Shown one piece after another: positions 1-9,845 of a stretch of 64,000 nucleotides of DNA. Each line of letters opens with the position of its first letter. The first letter of the stretch is position 1. Source of the DNA: Candidatus Fermentibacteraceae bacterium (GTDB lineage: Bacteria; Fermentibacterota; Fermentibacteria; Fermentibacterales; JCC-6); the NCBI GenBank assembly GCA_041750285.1, contig JBGSZS010000021.1, positions 1-64,000 of the forward strand, in the 5' to 3' direction. Under the pieces are notes generated by a model. That model was not told the origin of the DNA, did not search any database, and saw only the letters and a program-made list of their open reading frames with translations. The position numbers and the translations under genes are program-made.

Positions 1-1
1 C

Positions 2-616
2 CGGGACAGGGGCCGCGGCGAACCCGCCGAAAGATGGAACACATCAGATGAGATCCTCTTCCCGTGCGGCGGCGCCATGGCCGTTCGCAGGGCCGCGCTT
101 GAAGAACCGGACCGGATCTTCTGGAACGACCTGTTCATCTATTTCGAGGACATGGACCTTGGCATTTCCCTTTGGCGCAGGGGCTGGAGGGTCGTCTACC
201 AGCCCGATGCAGTGGTGGAACACCATTTCAGCGGAACGATGTCGAAGGCCACTCCGAAAAAGGAAAGGCTCTGCAACAGAAACAGGATACTGGTTCTGAG
301 AAGGCACCTTTCCGGAAAAGCCATGCGTCGTGCCTTCGGCCTTCTATGCCTTTGGCAGCTTATCTGGCTTCTGTCCCTGCTTTTCAGGGGCAGACTGCAG
401 ATCTTCAAGGCCGTACTGGGCGGAACCGCCGCCGGTCTTCGCGAGCCTGTTCCCTCTTCCGTGCCAGACAGCATCCCGGGAGACAAAGTGCTGCTGAGGT
501 TCATGGAGGAGCCCACAAAGAGCGGTGTACGGGGTCTTTTTGCCCGAATGTGCCGCAGAAGCCTCACCAGGACCTTGGACTGCCCGGACGCTCGATGCAG
601 AGCCCGCAGATGCTGA
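2..616 (+). CDS. Glycosyltransferase family 2 (WbbL-like), 5'-truncated by window edge
   Basis: Frame open from base 2 (RDRGRGEP...ILFPCGGAMAVRR); GT2 C-terminal motifs FIYFEDMDL and GWRVVYQPDAVVEHH. Confidence 0.8.
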   Translation, partial: RDRGRGEPAERWNTSDEILFPCGGAMAVRRAALEEPDRIFWNDLFIYFEDMDLGISLWRRGWRVVYQPDAVVEHHFSGTMSKATPKKERLCNRNRILVLRRHLSGKAMRRAFGLLCLWQLIWLLSLLFRGRLQIFKAVLGGTAAGLREPVPSSVPDSIPGDKVLLRFMEEPTKSGVRGLFARMCRRSLTRTLDCPDARCRARRC

Positions 617-1932
617 CCCACGTGTGCCGCAACCCCGCAACTCCACTGATGGGAGTCAACTACGCCGGGTTCACGCATGCCCCGCTCGGGCTGGGACATG
701 CCGCCAGGGGTTACATCGGCGCTCTTGAGGGAATGGGGTTGGATGTCCGCGTGATAGATGCCGGAGAGCTCCTTCCCGGCACGCCCCATGCCGAAAGGGG
801 GCGTCTCTCGTCCATGTCGGGAAAAGGCAGCACTCTTCATCCGGTGAACATCGTCCACATAAACCCCGATCTACTGAACACTTTCAGAACCCGTACCGGT
901 TCGGCCTTCTTCAGGGGCCGTTACACGATTGGCATCTGGGCCTGGGAAACAGAGAGCTTTCCTCCGAAATGGCACGACAGGTTCGACCTTGTCGATGAGA
1001 TATGGGTCGGGGGAAGCTTCATGGCCAGGGGGATTTCAAGGGTCTCACCCGTTCCGGTGATACTGATGCCCCACGTGGTTCAACCGGGCATCGTCGAGGT
1101 CGACCGGGAGAGATTCGGGCTGAACGCGGATGACTTCATATTCCTCTTCTCGTTCGATTTCAACAGTTCCTTCGTCAGAAAAAATCCCCTGACCCTTGTG
1201 GACGTTTTTCGAAGGGCATTCAAACCGTCGCAGCCGGTGAGACTGGTCATCAAGTCGCAGAACGGCGCCTCCTTCCCCGGCGAGATGAACTCGCTCAGGA
1301 CCGCTGCTGAAGGGTCCAACATATCCTTCATCGACACGTGTCTGGATGACACCGCCCTGTCGGTTCTGTCGAAATCCTGCGACGCATTCGTATCGCTTCA
1401 CCGTGCGGAGGGCTTCGGTCTGGGGATCGCCGGGGCAATGGCCATGGGCAAGCCCGTCATCGCAACGGGCTGGAGCGGCAACATGGACTACATGAACGAA
1501 CACAACTCCCTTCCTGTGAAGTTCACGCTGGCAGCTCTGGAGCAGCCCGACCCGCCATACGAGAAGGGCTCCCTGTGGGCCCTTCCCGATACGGATGACG
1601 CAGTTGAGAAAATGCGGTTCGTCTTCATGAACAGGGACTCGGCCCGGGAGATAGGCGTGGCCGCTGCAGAGCACATGGCCCGATTCCACAGCAGTGCCGC
1701 TGTAGGAACCCTGCTTGAGGGAAGGCTCAGGTCCTTGTTTGAAGCAGGGTTCCGCAGCATTCGCACCCGTAGGCCTGCCCTTCGCTCCGACTTCGCCGTC
1801 TTGTGCAGGAACAGGGCTGCCATGGAGTTGATCCGGTGTTGTTCGATGCTTCTGAAGGTTGTTCCCGCCGGGATGGGTTCGGTTCGCAGAAAACTGCGGG
1901 AAACGAGGGAACGGGCCCGTTCTTCCCTGTAG
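610..1932 (+). CDS. Glycosyltransferase family 4
   Basis: IWAWET, RKNP, SLHRAEGFGL..AM..GKPVIATGWSGN motifs. ATG at 610 overlaps the upstream stop; the ORF-track start at 172 is probably too long. Confidence 0.85.
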   Translation: MLTHVCRNPATPLMGVNYAGFTHAPLGLGHAARGYIGALEGMGLDVRVIDAGELLPGTPHAERGRLSSMSGKGSTLHPVNIVHINPDLLNTFRTRTGSAFFRGRYTIGIWAWETESFPPKWHDRFDLVDEIWVGGSFMARGISRVSPVPVILMPHVVQPGIVEVDRERFGLNADDFIFLFSFDFNSSFVRKNPLTLVDVFRRAFKPSQPVRLVIKSQNGASFPGEMNSLRTAAEGSNISFIDTCLDDTALSVLSKSCDAFVSLHRAEGFGLGIAGAMAMGKPVIATGWSGNMDYMNEHNSLPVKFTLAALEQPDPPYEKGSLWALPDTDDAVEKMRFVFMNRDSAREIGVAAAEHMARFHSSAAVGTLLEGRLRSLFEAGFRSIRTRRPALRSDFAVLCRNRAAMELIRCCSMLLKVVPAGMGSVRRKLRETRERARSSL

Positions 1933-2016
1933 CACCGTGCGTGTGCGAGTTCACCTGAAGAACTGGGGGTTATATTCAGTGTTCGGTCCGACCAGGCCGG
2001 TTCACCGAAGGGAACC

Positions 2017-3555
2017 GTGATGCCAGACGATCATCTGCGTATTCTCCCCGGCGATGGTATCTCCGCATCACCAACCCTGCATTTCGGCAGAGCGGGAGTT
2101 ACTGCCGGCATCGCGCTCCTGCTTTACTTCACGGCATGCATCCTGATGCTGCCGGCTTCAATGGTGGTTCCGGTGATGCTGCTTCCCGGTCTTCCTTTTC
2201 TGCTCTTCTTCATGCCCGATCCACGAAGATGGCTCCTGTTGCTGCCCCTTGCGGTAGCTCTGGGATTCAAGGAGATCGGTTTTGGCCCCTTTTCGCTGTT
2301 TCTGGGTGTAATCTTTTTATTTTGCGGATATCTCGTTTATTTTATGGCAAAAACAGCGGCATACTATCCTCCCCCCAGGTTCGGCGTGTTTCAGAGACTG
2401 GTGCTTTTTGCGTACCTTGCACAGATGGTTGCACTGACGGTGTCAATTCATGTGAACGGCCAGCATGTCCTCAACGCCGTTCGCGAGTCACACAAGTTCT
2501 TCATCCCTGCGTTGCTGCCGCTGATCATCATGGACTGGTACGGAGACAGGGAATGGTTCGACCGGATGCTCAAAGCGGTCGTTCTGACCATGCTCGTTCT
2601 CTCCATATACGGCATTTATCAGTTTCACTCAGGATCCGCATGGTCGGTTGGCGAGGTTGCATCGGGATACCACATCGCGGGACGCGCCTTCTCCACGATC
2701 AGAGGCGGAGCCAACAGCTACTCGGGTTTCCTCGAGTTGACCGTGCCCGCCTCCCTTGCGGCGGCATTCTATTTCAGGAGCAGATCCTGGAAGGCGGTCT
2801 GTTTTACGGCAGTGGGGCTGGGAATTCTCAACGGCCTCTATACCTACTCTCGCGGGGGGTTCCTGACGATATCCCTGTCCTGCATCATCTACCTCATCTA
2901 CAGGTTCCGCCGAAAGGTTTGGGTTCCCATCATTTCTGCTGCCGTCTTCATCGGGGTCGTGGCGGGAAATGCGCAAACATTCGAGCGTCAGGTCGTCATG
3001 ATCACAGACCCTTCCAGCGTCGTGTTCGAGGCAACCCTTCTGCACAGATATGTCAGCTACAGCCGGTACCTGATGGACATCAGGGCGAACCTGCTTTCAG
3101 GAGTCGGGTGGGGCGCAAAGGAGTACTACTCGGGTGGTTCCAGTCTGTACAGCTTCTGGGAGGTGCGGCATGAGCAGAGCACCGACCACATACCTGAGTT
3201 CGGTGGATTGAACAGCCTGCTTTTCGACATGGTCCTCAAGGGGGGGATCGCTTCGGCATTGTCCCTTCTGCTGATCATCACCGCCGCTGTTTACGTCTCA
3301 TCGAGGGCGCTGAGGTTCCGGAACGAGAGTGATCTTGCGGTTGGGATCGTTTCAGGGCTTTGTGCCTTCGGAATCCACCAGACCGTTGACAACCTGCTTC
3401 AGTGGCCGCAAACCGGCTCATTCTTCTGGATATCACTGGGATTGCTTGCCGTACTGGGCCGCGAACACAACGCGAAGCCGTATAATACCGGGGTTGAATG
3501 TGAAAACGGGAACGACTGCGGGGCGAAACCAGCGTCCGGCTTGTTGAGGGAGTGA
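2017..3555 (+). CDS. O-antigen ligase/polymerase (WaaL/Wzy) family membrane protein
   Basis: Many hydrophobic segments; RAFSTI..ANSYSGFL, TYSRGG, N.LSGVGWG, H...DN motifs; polysaccharide cluster context. Confidence 0.8.
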   Translation: MMPDDHLRILPGDGISASPTLHFGRAGVTAGIALLLYFTACILMLPASMVVPVMLLPGLPFLLFFMPDPRRWLLLLPLAVALGFKEIGFGPFSLFLGVIFLFCGYLVYFMAKTAAYYPPPRFGVFQRLVLFAYLAQMVALTVSIHVNGQHVLNAVRESHKFFIPALLPLIIMDWYGDREWFDRMLKAVVLTMLVLSIYGIYQFHSGSAWSVGEVASGYHIAGRAFSTIRGGANSYSGFLELTVPASLAAAFYFRSRSWKAVCFTAVGLGILNGLYTYSRGGFLTISLSCIIYLIYRFRRKVWVPIISAAVFIGVVAGNAQTFERQVVMITDPSSVVFEATLLHRYVSYSRYLMDIRANLLSGVGWGAKEYYSGGSSLYSFWEVRHEQSTDHIPEFGGLNSLLFDMVLKGGIASALSLLLIITAAVYVSSRALRFRNESDLAVGIVSGLCAFGIHQTVDNLLQWPQTGSFFWISLGLLAVLGREHNAKPYNTGVECENGNDCGAKPASGLLRE

Positions 3556-3564
3556 GAAACTACC

Positions 3565-4800
3565 ATGCAAAGCGCGCCAGCAAAGCTGATGTACCTTGTT
3601 CTTAAAAACCGGCGTTTCCTGATAAGGACGATCCTGTTCGTGATGCTCCCAACCATAGGCATCACCTACATTCTTCCCAGAAAGTACACTGTTACAACCG
3701 TGATTCTCCCTCCCGAAGAGCAGAACCTGGGCGGAATGACAATGGGTGGCTTCTCCGTGGGTGAACTTGCGGGTTTCTTCAGCGGCGGGATGGGTTATTC
3801 ACTTCCGCTCATGACCACCCTTGGAGACGTGTACGTAACGATTCTCAACAGCCGTTCCCTCATCGATCACGTGATCCTGAAATCGGGTTATCTGGAAACG
3901 GTGAACCTCGACCGCAGGTACGAGCGCGAACCCTACACCGCCCTCTACCTCGCCCGAAAGCAGTTCCGGAAGAACTACAGCGCTACCACGACATCGTCGG
4001 GCTTCATTCAGCTCGAGATCACTACCGGCAGCCCCGAGTTCTCGATCCTCGTTGCCGAGGAAGTGATAGCCTCACTCGACAGCATCAACATGTGGGTTCT
4101 TTCCCAGCGCCAGATCGAGGACCGGGTTCTTCTGGAGAGACAGCTTCATGCTGCCGACAGCATTCTCTCAGTGACGTCCGGTTCTCTTCTGTCATTCGAG
4201 GAGACCTACGGCTTCATAGAGCCCAACGCCGTTCTCACGCAGTTGATGGATGTTCTTTCCGAGATGAAGGCCCGTTATGTGGAGACGGTCATCACTGCGG
4301 ATGCCATTCGACGGGGTGTCCGGACGGGACGCAGCGCGACCCTTACCGAACTCGATGCCGAAGCGGCAGCCATAGGCAGGGCCATTTCCGACATCGAATC
4401 AGGGAGTTCCACGGGAGGGCTGGATATCGGGATCAGAGTGGATGAACTGCCGGTCGCCATGCTTGAGTATGCCAGGCTGAGGACCGATTACGAAGTTCAG
4501 ATAAAGATGGTATCGATGCTCTCCATCAGCCTGCAGCAGGCGATGATACAGGAAGAGAGCATTCACTCGACATTAAGGGTGCTGGACTCCCCTGATCATC
4601 CGGGCTGGAAAAGCAAACCCAAGAAGCTCCTGATCTGGATCGAAGTGTTCCTTGCCACGGTTTTCATTCTATGCTGCTATCTGCTCGGCAGGGAGAGATG
4701 GCATGCGCTGAAGCTCGAGAGACCGGAATCGTGGGACGCATGGAACAACCTGTTCACTGACGTCAGGTCGGATTTCAGACGAAAACCCAGACGGCAGTGA
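3565..4800 (+). CDS. Polysaccharide co-polymerase / chain-length determinant (Wzz/GumC-like, no kinase domain)
   Basis: N-terminal TM plus PRKY...ILPP, ILNSRSL, long coiled coil, RVLDSP...KSKPKK before a C-terminal TM. Confidence 0.8.
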   Translation: MQSAPAKLMYLVLKNRRFLIRTILFVMLPTIGITYILPRKYTVTTVILPPEEQNLGGMTMGGFSVGELAGFFSGGMGYSLPLMTTLGDVYVTILNSRSLIDHVILKSGYLETVNLDRRYEREPYTALYLARKQFRKNYSATTTSSGFIQLEITTGSPEFSILVAEEVIASLDSINMWVLSQRQIEDRVLLERQLHAADSILSVTSGSLLSFEETYGFIEPNAVLTQLMDVLSEMKARYVETVITADAIRRGVRTGRSATLTELDAEAAAIGRAISDIESGSSTGGLDIGIRVDELPVAMLEYARLRTDYEVQIKMVSMLSISLQQAMIQEESIHSTLRVLDSPDHPGWKSKPKKLLIWIEVFLATVFILCCYLLGRERWHALKLERPESWDAWNNLFTDVRSDFRRKPRRQ

Positions 4801-4804
4801 TACT

Positions 4805-6406
4805 GTGCAGGCTTCGGTGACCGAGAGGGCCGCACCGAAACCGCAGGGGGCTGTTTTCGGCTTCTCCGTGCTCTCCCTTGCCAATCTTCTGACCGCAGTG
4901 CTCTCATACCTCAGGTTCGCCGGCATAGCGAGGATCTTCGGCGCAGACTGGAGAACCGATGCTTTCGCGGTCGCCCTTGTGCTGCCATTTCTGGTTCGTG
5001 ACCTCATCGTTCATTCCTTCGGTTCGACCTTTCTGCCCATTTACGCCCGGGTCGTTGAGAAAAAGGGCAAAAAAGGCGGGGTCAGGTTCACCAACCTTGT
5101 GATAACCTGGGTGGCAGTATCCGGAATCCTTCTCATGCTTCCACTGTTCGCCGGCTCCAGACAGGCGGTAACGGCAGTAAGTCCCGGCAGCCCTGCGGAC
5201 ATGCTTGCCATGGCGTCGGCAATGCTGAGGATCCTTGTTCCCACCGTTCTGCTGAGGGCCCTGACCGGCATTCTTTCAATCTTCATCCAGTACGAAAAAC
5301 GATTCTCGACCCTTGGGCTTGCCGGGGTGATCGACCTCGGCTTCTCGACCGCCATGCTTTTCATCGTTGGGACCCGCTGGGGAGTGATGGTGCTTCCCTG
5401 GTCGGTCACGGCAGGGGTGGGGCTGGCCTTTGGATACGTGTTCGTATGTGCTGTGAGGAGCGGTTTCAAACCCCAACCAGTGATCGAGAAGGATCCCAAT
5501 CTCGGACAGCTCGCGAAAATGGCCGGGCCTGTAATGCTCGGGACTCTGGCCGGTTTTCTCGGGCCAGTGGCCGACAAGATCCTGGCATCTTTCTTAATGG
5601 CCAGTTCCATCACGGCTCTCGACTATGCGGACAGGATCAAGAACATAGCTTTCGCCGTCGCGTTTGCGCCTTTTTCGGTTCTGGCGGAACTCAGCTACTC
5701 CACCAGGGCGGCAAGGGGAGAGAACGAGCAGCTCGTCGCCAATCTAAAGTCGGGGCTCAATCAGACCTCCCTTGTCATGTTCCCGATAGCGGCCCTTCTG
5801 ACAGTAATCGCACTGCCACTGGTGAGCGTCCTGTTTCAGAGAGGAAGCTTCACGGCCGAGAACGCAGGCTACGTTGCGTATGCGCTCGCGTTCTACGCGC
5901 CCTGGCTGATGAGGAGCGGTCTTTTCAGCCTTACCGCCAAGGCCTTCTACGCACTGAAGGATTCCACGACCCCGGTTGTGATAGGCATTCTCGGACTTGT
6001 GGTCAACGTGCTGCTCAACTTCATTCTGATCGGACCTCTCGGTATAGGTGGTCTGGCCCTCGCCACTACTGTTTCATCGACAATGAAGGCCGTTTACCAG
6101 ACCTGGGCGCTGTCAAGAAAACTGGGAGGGCTCGATCTGCGGGAGATCCTGCCCGAGCAGCTCAGAATCGTGTTCGCCATGGGGGTCATGCTTGGCGTGG
6201 TTCTTCTGTTGAAAGGCGCGATGCCCTTCAACCCGGCGGGGAGTTTCTCCGCAAGGGCAATCATGCTTGCGGTCTACGGGCTGTCCGGATCCGTCGTTTA
6301 CTTCCTGGCGCTTGCCGCCATTCGATGCCGGACACTCTCGGCCACGGCCGAAAGGATCATGACGAAGTTGCGCTCCCGGGGAAGTGTTTCGCAAGAAGGT
6401 CGTTGA
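4805..6406 (+). CDS. murJ: MurJ/MviN-family flippase
   Basis: ARIFGA...TDAF, F.PIY, DKILASFL..SITALDYADR, LFQRGSF, AFYALKD.TTPV motifs; about 14 TM. Confidence 0.8.
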   Translation: MQASVTERAAPKPQGAVFGFSVLSLANLLTAVLSYLRFAGIARIFGADWRTDAFAVALVLPFLVRDLIVHSFGSTFLPIYARVVEKKGKKGGVRFTNLVITWVAVSGILLMLPLFAGSRQAVTAVSPGSPADMLAMASAMLRILVPTVLLRALTGILSIFIQYEKRFSTLGLAGVIDLGFSTAMLFIVGTRWGVMVLPWSVTAGVGLAFGYVFVCAVRSGFKPQPVIEKDPNLGQLAKMAGPVMLGTLAGFLGPVADKILASFLMASSITALDYADRIKNIAFAVAFAPFSVLAELSYSTRAARGENEQLVANLKSGLNQTSLVMFPIAALLTVIALPLVSVLFQRGSFTAENAGYVAYALAFYAPWLMRSGLFSLTAKAFYALKDSTTPVVIGILGLVVNVLLNFILIGPLGIGGLALATTVSSTMKAVYQTWALSRKLGGLDLREILPEQLRIVFAMGVMLGVVLLLKGAMPFNPAGSFSARAIMLAVYGLSGSVVYFLALAAIRCRTLSATAERIMTKLRSRGSVSQEGR

Positions 6407-7400
6407 AGAGCCGTCTGGGCGTTTCTATCGAGTAGTTTTCCTTCACCCAGTGCAGGGCGGACTTCCTTCTGTCCTCGAGACCAAGCCAGTTCTCCTGAAT
6501 CGAGTCGAGGATTGCAGAGAGCCCTTCCGGATTCTCATAGATCTCAACGAGGTTTGGAATCTCATGGGCTGCTTCGGTCCATGGATTCACCACCACGTGC
6601 ATGCCGCAGCTCATGTATGCGTTGACCTTCATCTGATAGAGAGGCTTTGGCCTTGGCGCCAGGGTGGCCACCCCGACCTGATACCGTCCTGATATCTCAC
6701 CCGTTCGAAGCCGGGGCAGGGGAGGGAGCAGCCTGACCCTGCCTTTGGTGGCTTTGCACAGTCTGCCGACCTCGCTTTTCAAGGGGCCGGTCCCGATAAT
6801 GTCGCCGGTCATCGAACGGGACCCCATCACCCCTTCGATGAAATCCTGCGGCGCTCTTTCCGCATTGAGCACACTCAGCAGAAGCGCCCTTTCAGGTCTG
6901 GCTGAGGCTGAAAAGGCGAACCTGGACATGTCTTCGTAATGCGGCAGCACCATGGTCCCCGGAACATCGGTACTCTGGGAAGAAGTGGCAAAAACGGCGC
7001 CTCTGATGAGTCGTTCAAGCCGGACGAGGTCCGTTCCCGAACCTACTCTCTGATGAAAACGCATCGCGTAGGGAAGGCCGGTTCTCTCGGCGGCAAAACC
7101 GGCATTCTCATCGAGGCACATTATGAAGTCGGCCTTGAAGAGGTTAAAGCAGCGCTTCAGGGCAACCGGAACGATCTCCCTCTCGATCCGGCACCTTATC
7201 CTTTCCAGAAGGGTGTTGCGCAACTGGCGTGTCAGAAGGCCAAGGCCAAGAACGGGGACCCCCTCAAAACGCCTGTATCCGGGAGAGGTGCCGCATATAA
7301 CGTACATGGCCACATGCCGTGTCCCAAGAAGGTCAAGTGGTGTCGTCCAGCCTCCCGAGTAGCCTGGAATGGTGGAAGAGGATGCAATCAGGATCCTCAT
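6357..7400 (-). CDS. Divergent GT-B (GT4-like) glycosyltransferase
   Basis: IIGTGPL and MKVNAYMSCGMHVV resemble the GT4 C-terminal domain; ATGA-coupled to the upstream gene. Confidence 0.55.
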   Translation of the reverse strand: MRILIASSSTIPGYSGGWTTPLDLLGTRHVAMYVICGTSPGYRRFEGVPVLGLGLLTRQLRNTLLERIRCRIEREIVPVALKRCFNLFKADFIMCLDENAGFAAERTGLPYAMRFHQRVGSGTDLVRLERLIRGAVFATSSQSTDVPGTMVLPHYEDMSRFAFSASARPERALLLSVLNAERAPQDFIEGVMGSRSMTGDIIGTGPLKSEVGRLCKATKGRVRLLPPLPRLRTGEISGRYQVGVATLAPRPKPLYQMKVNAYMSCGMHVVVNPWTEAAHEIPNLVEIYENPEGLSAILDSIQENWLGLEDRRKSALHWVKENYSIETPRRLFNDLLAKHFPGSATSS

Positions 7401-7678
7401 GCGCCCGACCTCCCGGGATCGAAGAGCTTGTCGAACCTGGCTGCGGCATCCGATGCAGCGGACTGCCCGTTTTCGGATGACCCGGGCGTAAACTCGTCAC
7501 AGAAGTTTCGAACGTCCGAAGGGCCTGAATACTCAGTTGTGCTTGAGCGGCACCTCCCCGATTCCCTGTTGTGGAGCCGGCAGCAGTCGCAGGTGTGAAG
7601 CCATGCCAGGCACTTCTCGCACACGGTTCCAAAGCCAACCTTGTCCGGGTTCTCATGGCCGCAGCCCGGACACTTCAT
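7397..7678 (-). CDS. Small Cys-rich double zinc-ribbon protein, unknown function
   Basis: CPGC, CEKC, HTCDCC, C...RNFCDEF; ATGA overlaps with both neighbours. Confidence 0.7.
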   Translation of the reverse strand: MKCPGCGHENPDKVGFGTVCEKCLAWLHTCDCCRLHNRESGRCRSSTTEYSGPSDVRNFCDEFTPGSSENGQSAASDAAARFDKLFDPGRSGA

Positions 7679-9759
7679 GAAAGAACCCCGTCAAGAAGCT
7701 CGATACCCGAGACCCTCCATGACCTCTCCTCTCCGGGGAGGGTTACGGTATCGCCCGTTGCCCTTCCCAGCAGGGCGGCCCCCAGGGGAGCCTGATAGTT
7801 TATCCATCCTCCTTCGGGGTCGGTATCGAGGGGGCCCACGATTCCCAGAACCCTTGTGTCGCCGGAGTCGTCCATGGCTTCGATTATCACCCTTGTTCCC
7901 GGGGACACGATCCGGTCCGACAGGTCCTGCACCGGGTAGGGTCTTAGTATCGCAAGCAGCTTGCGGCGACGGTCGAGGGTATCCAGGAGAAGGTCCCTTC
8001 TCTCCAGGGCAGCCTTGTATTCGGCGTTTTCCGAGAGGTCGCCGTGCGCCGCCGCCTCGGCTATCGCCTCGGCAGCGGCTGGTATGTCCTTCTGCTGCAG
8101 CCGGTCCGTCTCGTCGTGCATTGCCTTGATCCGGGAGGAACTCGAGAAAACGGCGGTGGTTTCCCAGAAGTGCTTTCTGTGGGACGACCCTTCGGTCCGG
8201 CGGCTGTTGATCTGCCTTCTTACGAGAAGGAGGAGACCTGTTTCGTGGGCGCTCCCCAGCTCGTCCATCTCGTCGGCCAGCCTCTCAAGCCTTCGGGTGT
8301 CGAGGGATGCGATGTGGCTTTCGAAAGAGGGCCGCAGGCGGTTCATGAGAAGGGTGCAGAGCCTCTTCTGAGTATCGGCGCGAGCCCGGGAAAGGTTCTT
8401 CAGGATCTGCCCCGTGATCTCTTCTGGCGGAATGATGTCTCCGGCTTCAGCAGCCTGTTCGAGCCCCCACAGGTGAAGCTCGACCCTTGAGGGATCGGAG
8501 AGGCATCGGGCGAGATAGGTCGCGAGGAAACCGGGATTCAGGTCTTTCAGAATGTCGCGGCAGAAGAGACGGGGCCCCCTGGGAAGGTTGTCCATAAGCT
8601 CGGTGAGATGAATGTCTTCGGGTCCGGAGAGGAGGTAGAGGGCCAGATAGTCCTTACGGCAGACCTGCGAGTGCATTTCGGACATGGCCCTGAGCACCCT
8701 GGAAGCTGTGGATTCCACCAGTCCGTGGGCGAATGGCGCGTGTTCTGCCGGAATCTCCCCGCCGCCCAGCAGCCATGCAAGCTCGAAGGCGGCCCCCTGC
8801 TCCACGCACCTGGAGGAGCAGATCATTGGAATCATGGAGATGAGTTCCTCACGCGGGACGTGGGTGTCGGAGGCCAGCAAGCCTTCGATGAGCCTTGCCT
8901 TTTCCGAGAGGGCTGGCTGTTTGGCCGCCAGGATGCTCCTCACCCTGTCCGCCGTCGAGGAACCCTCCTGCAGGAAGATCTCCTCTCCGATCAGCGCGTA
9001 ACCCTCGGTGACTTTGGCCGCATCCCTGATGGCCCTCCAGAACGGTCCGGGATCGATGCCCTGACCCGATAGGGCTGCCGTCAGTGAAGATCTTGAGAGG
9101 GTTCCGTCAGTGGAAAGATCCCTCATGGCCATCCCGAGAAGCTTCGGTCCACCGGAGTTTATCATGTTTTGAAGGATTTCGGGGTCTTTCCAGGAGAGCA
9201 CGAAGATCGATTGCCTGTCAACGGGCCGGGTGGTCTCCATCACCGCATCCAGTGTCATGTCGTGATCACGGGACTTCTGGAAATCGATGGTGAAGGCTGA
9301 GCGCGAAACGCGGACGATTCGGCCCGGCCCGTACGTGGGGTGAATGAGGTACTCCCCCTCCTGAAGCTTCAGAAGCTCGCCCAGCCTTCCCCAGCAGGCG
9401 TTCAGCGGACGGGTTTCGGTCAGTATCCCGCTTCTTTCCATGAAACGTTCCAGCGGATCGAAGAGCATGTACCGGTCACGGAGGGACTCGACGAGCACCC
9501 TTCTGAGAATTGAGGAATGCTGGAACAACTCAGCAGCGGCGGTTATGAACTCGTTCGTGGACGGGGAGCCCGAAGAATCCATCTCTTCGGCGGCGGTTTC
9601 TGCAAGAAGGAGCGCATCGTCGGTTCTGCCGTTCGCAACGAGTATCCTCAGAGCCGAAAGCATCTCTGATGGAGGGGCGCCATGGATCAGTGCTTCGGTC
9701 CAGAGTTCCGTCAGTTCGGACAGGTCGCCCTTCCGGGCCGAATCTGCAAGCCTGGACAA
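7675..9759 (-). CDS. greA: Long-form transcription elongation factor GreA with large N-terminal extension
   Basis: C-terminal AHGDLSENAEYKAA and INYQAPLGAALLG motifs; TTG start at 9759 behind AAGGAA (ORF open to 9810). Confidence 0.85.
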   Translation of the reverse strand: MSRLADSARKGDLSELTELWTEALIHGAPPSEMLSALRILVANGRTDDALLLAETAAEEMDSSGSPSTNEFITAAAELFQHSSILRRVLVESLRDRYMLFDPLERFMERSGILTETRPLNACWGRLGELLKLQEGEYLIHPTYGPGRIVRVSRSAFTIDFQKSRDHDMTLDAVMETTRPVDRQSIFVLSWKDPEILQNMINSGGPKLLGMAMRDLSTDGTLSRSSLTAALSGQGIDPGPFWRAIRDAAKVTEGYALIGEEIFLQEGSSTADRVRSILAAKQPALSEKARLIEGLLASDTHVPREELISMIPMICSSRCVEQGAAFELAWLLGGGEIPAEHAPFAHGLVESTASRVLRAMSEMHSQVCRKDYLALYLLSGPEDIHLTELMDNLPRGPRLFCRDILKDLNPGFLATYLARCLSDPSRVELHLWGLEQAAEAGDIIPPEEITGQILKNLSRARADTQKRLCTLLMNRLRPSFESHIASLDTRRLERLADEMDELGSAHETGLLLLVRRQINSRRTEGSSHRKHFWETTAVFSSSSRIKAMHDETDRLQQKDIPAAAEAIAEAAAHGDLSENAEYKAALERRDLLLDTLDRRRKLLAILRPYPVQDLSDRIVSPGTRVIIEAMDDSGDTRVLGIVGPLDTDPEGGWINYQAPLGAALLGRATGDTVTLPGEERSWRVSGIELLDGVLS

Positions 9760-9845
9760 GGTGCATTCCTTTCGGGTAGAGTTCACATCATTGGGCAGAA
9801 AATAACCCATTGCTTTCGATCACCGCCAGTGGAGGGAGAACTGTC

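Noticed and set aside
172..609. N-terminal 146 aa of the 586-aa ORF
   Set aside because: Overlaps the GT2 gene in another frame and has non-protein-like composition; the real start is probably ATG 610 (or 595).
2136..6435. Alternative-frame ORFs 2136-3173 and 5446-6435
   Set aside because: Arg-rich off-frame shadows of membrane-protein genes.
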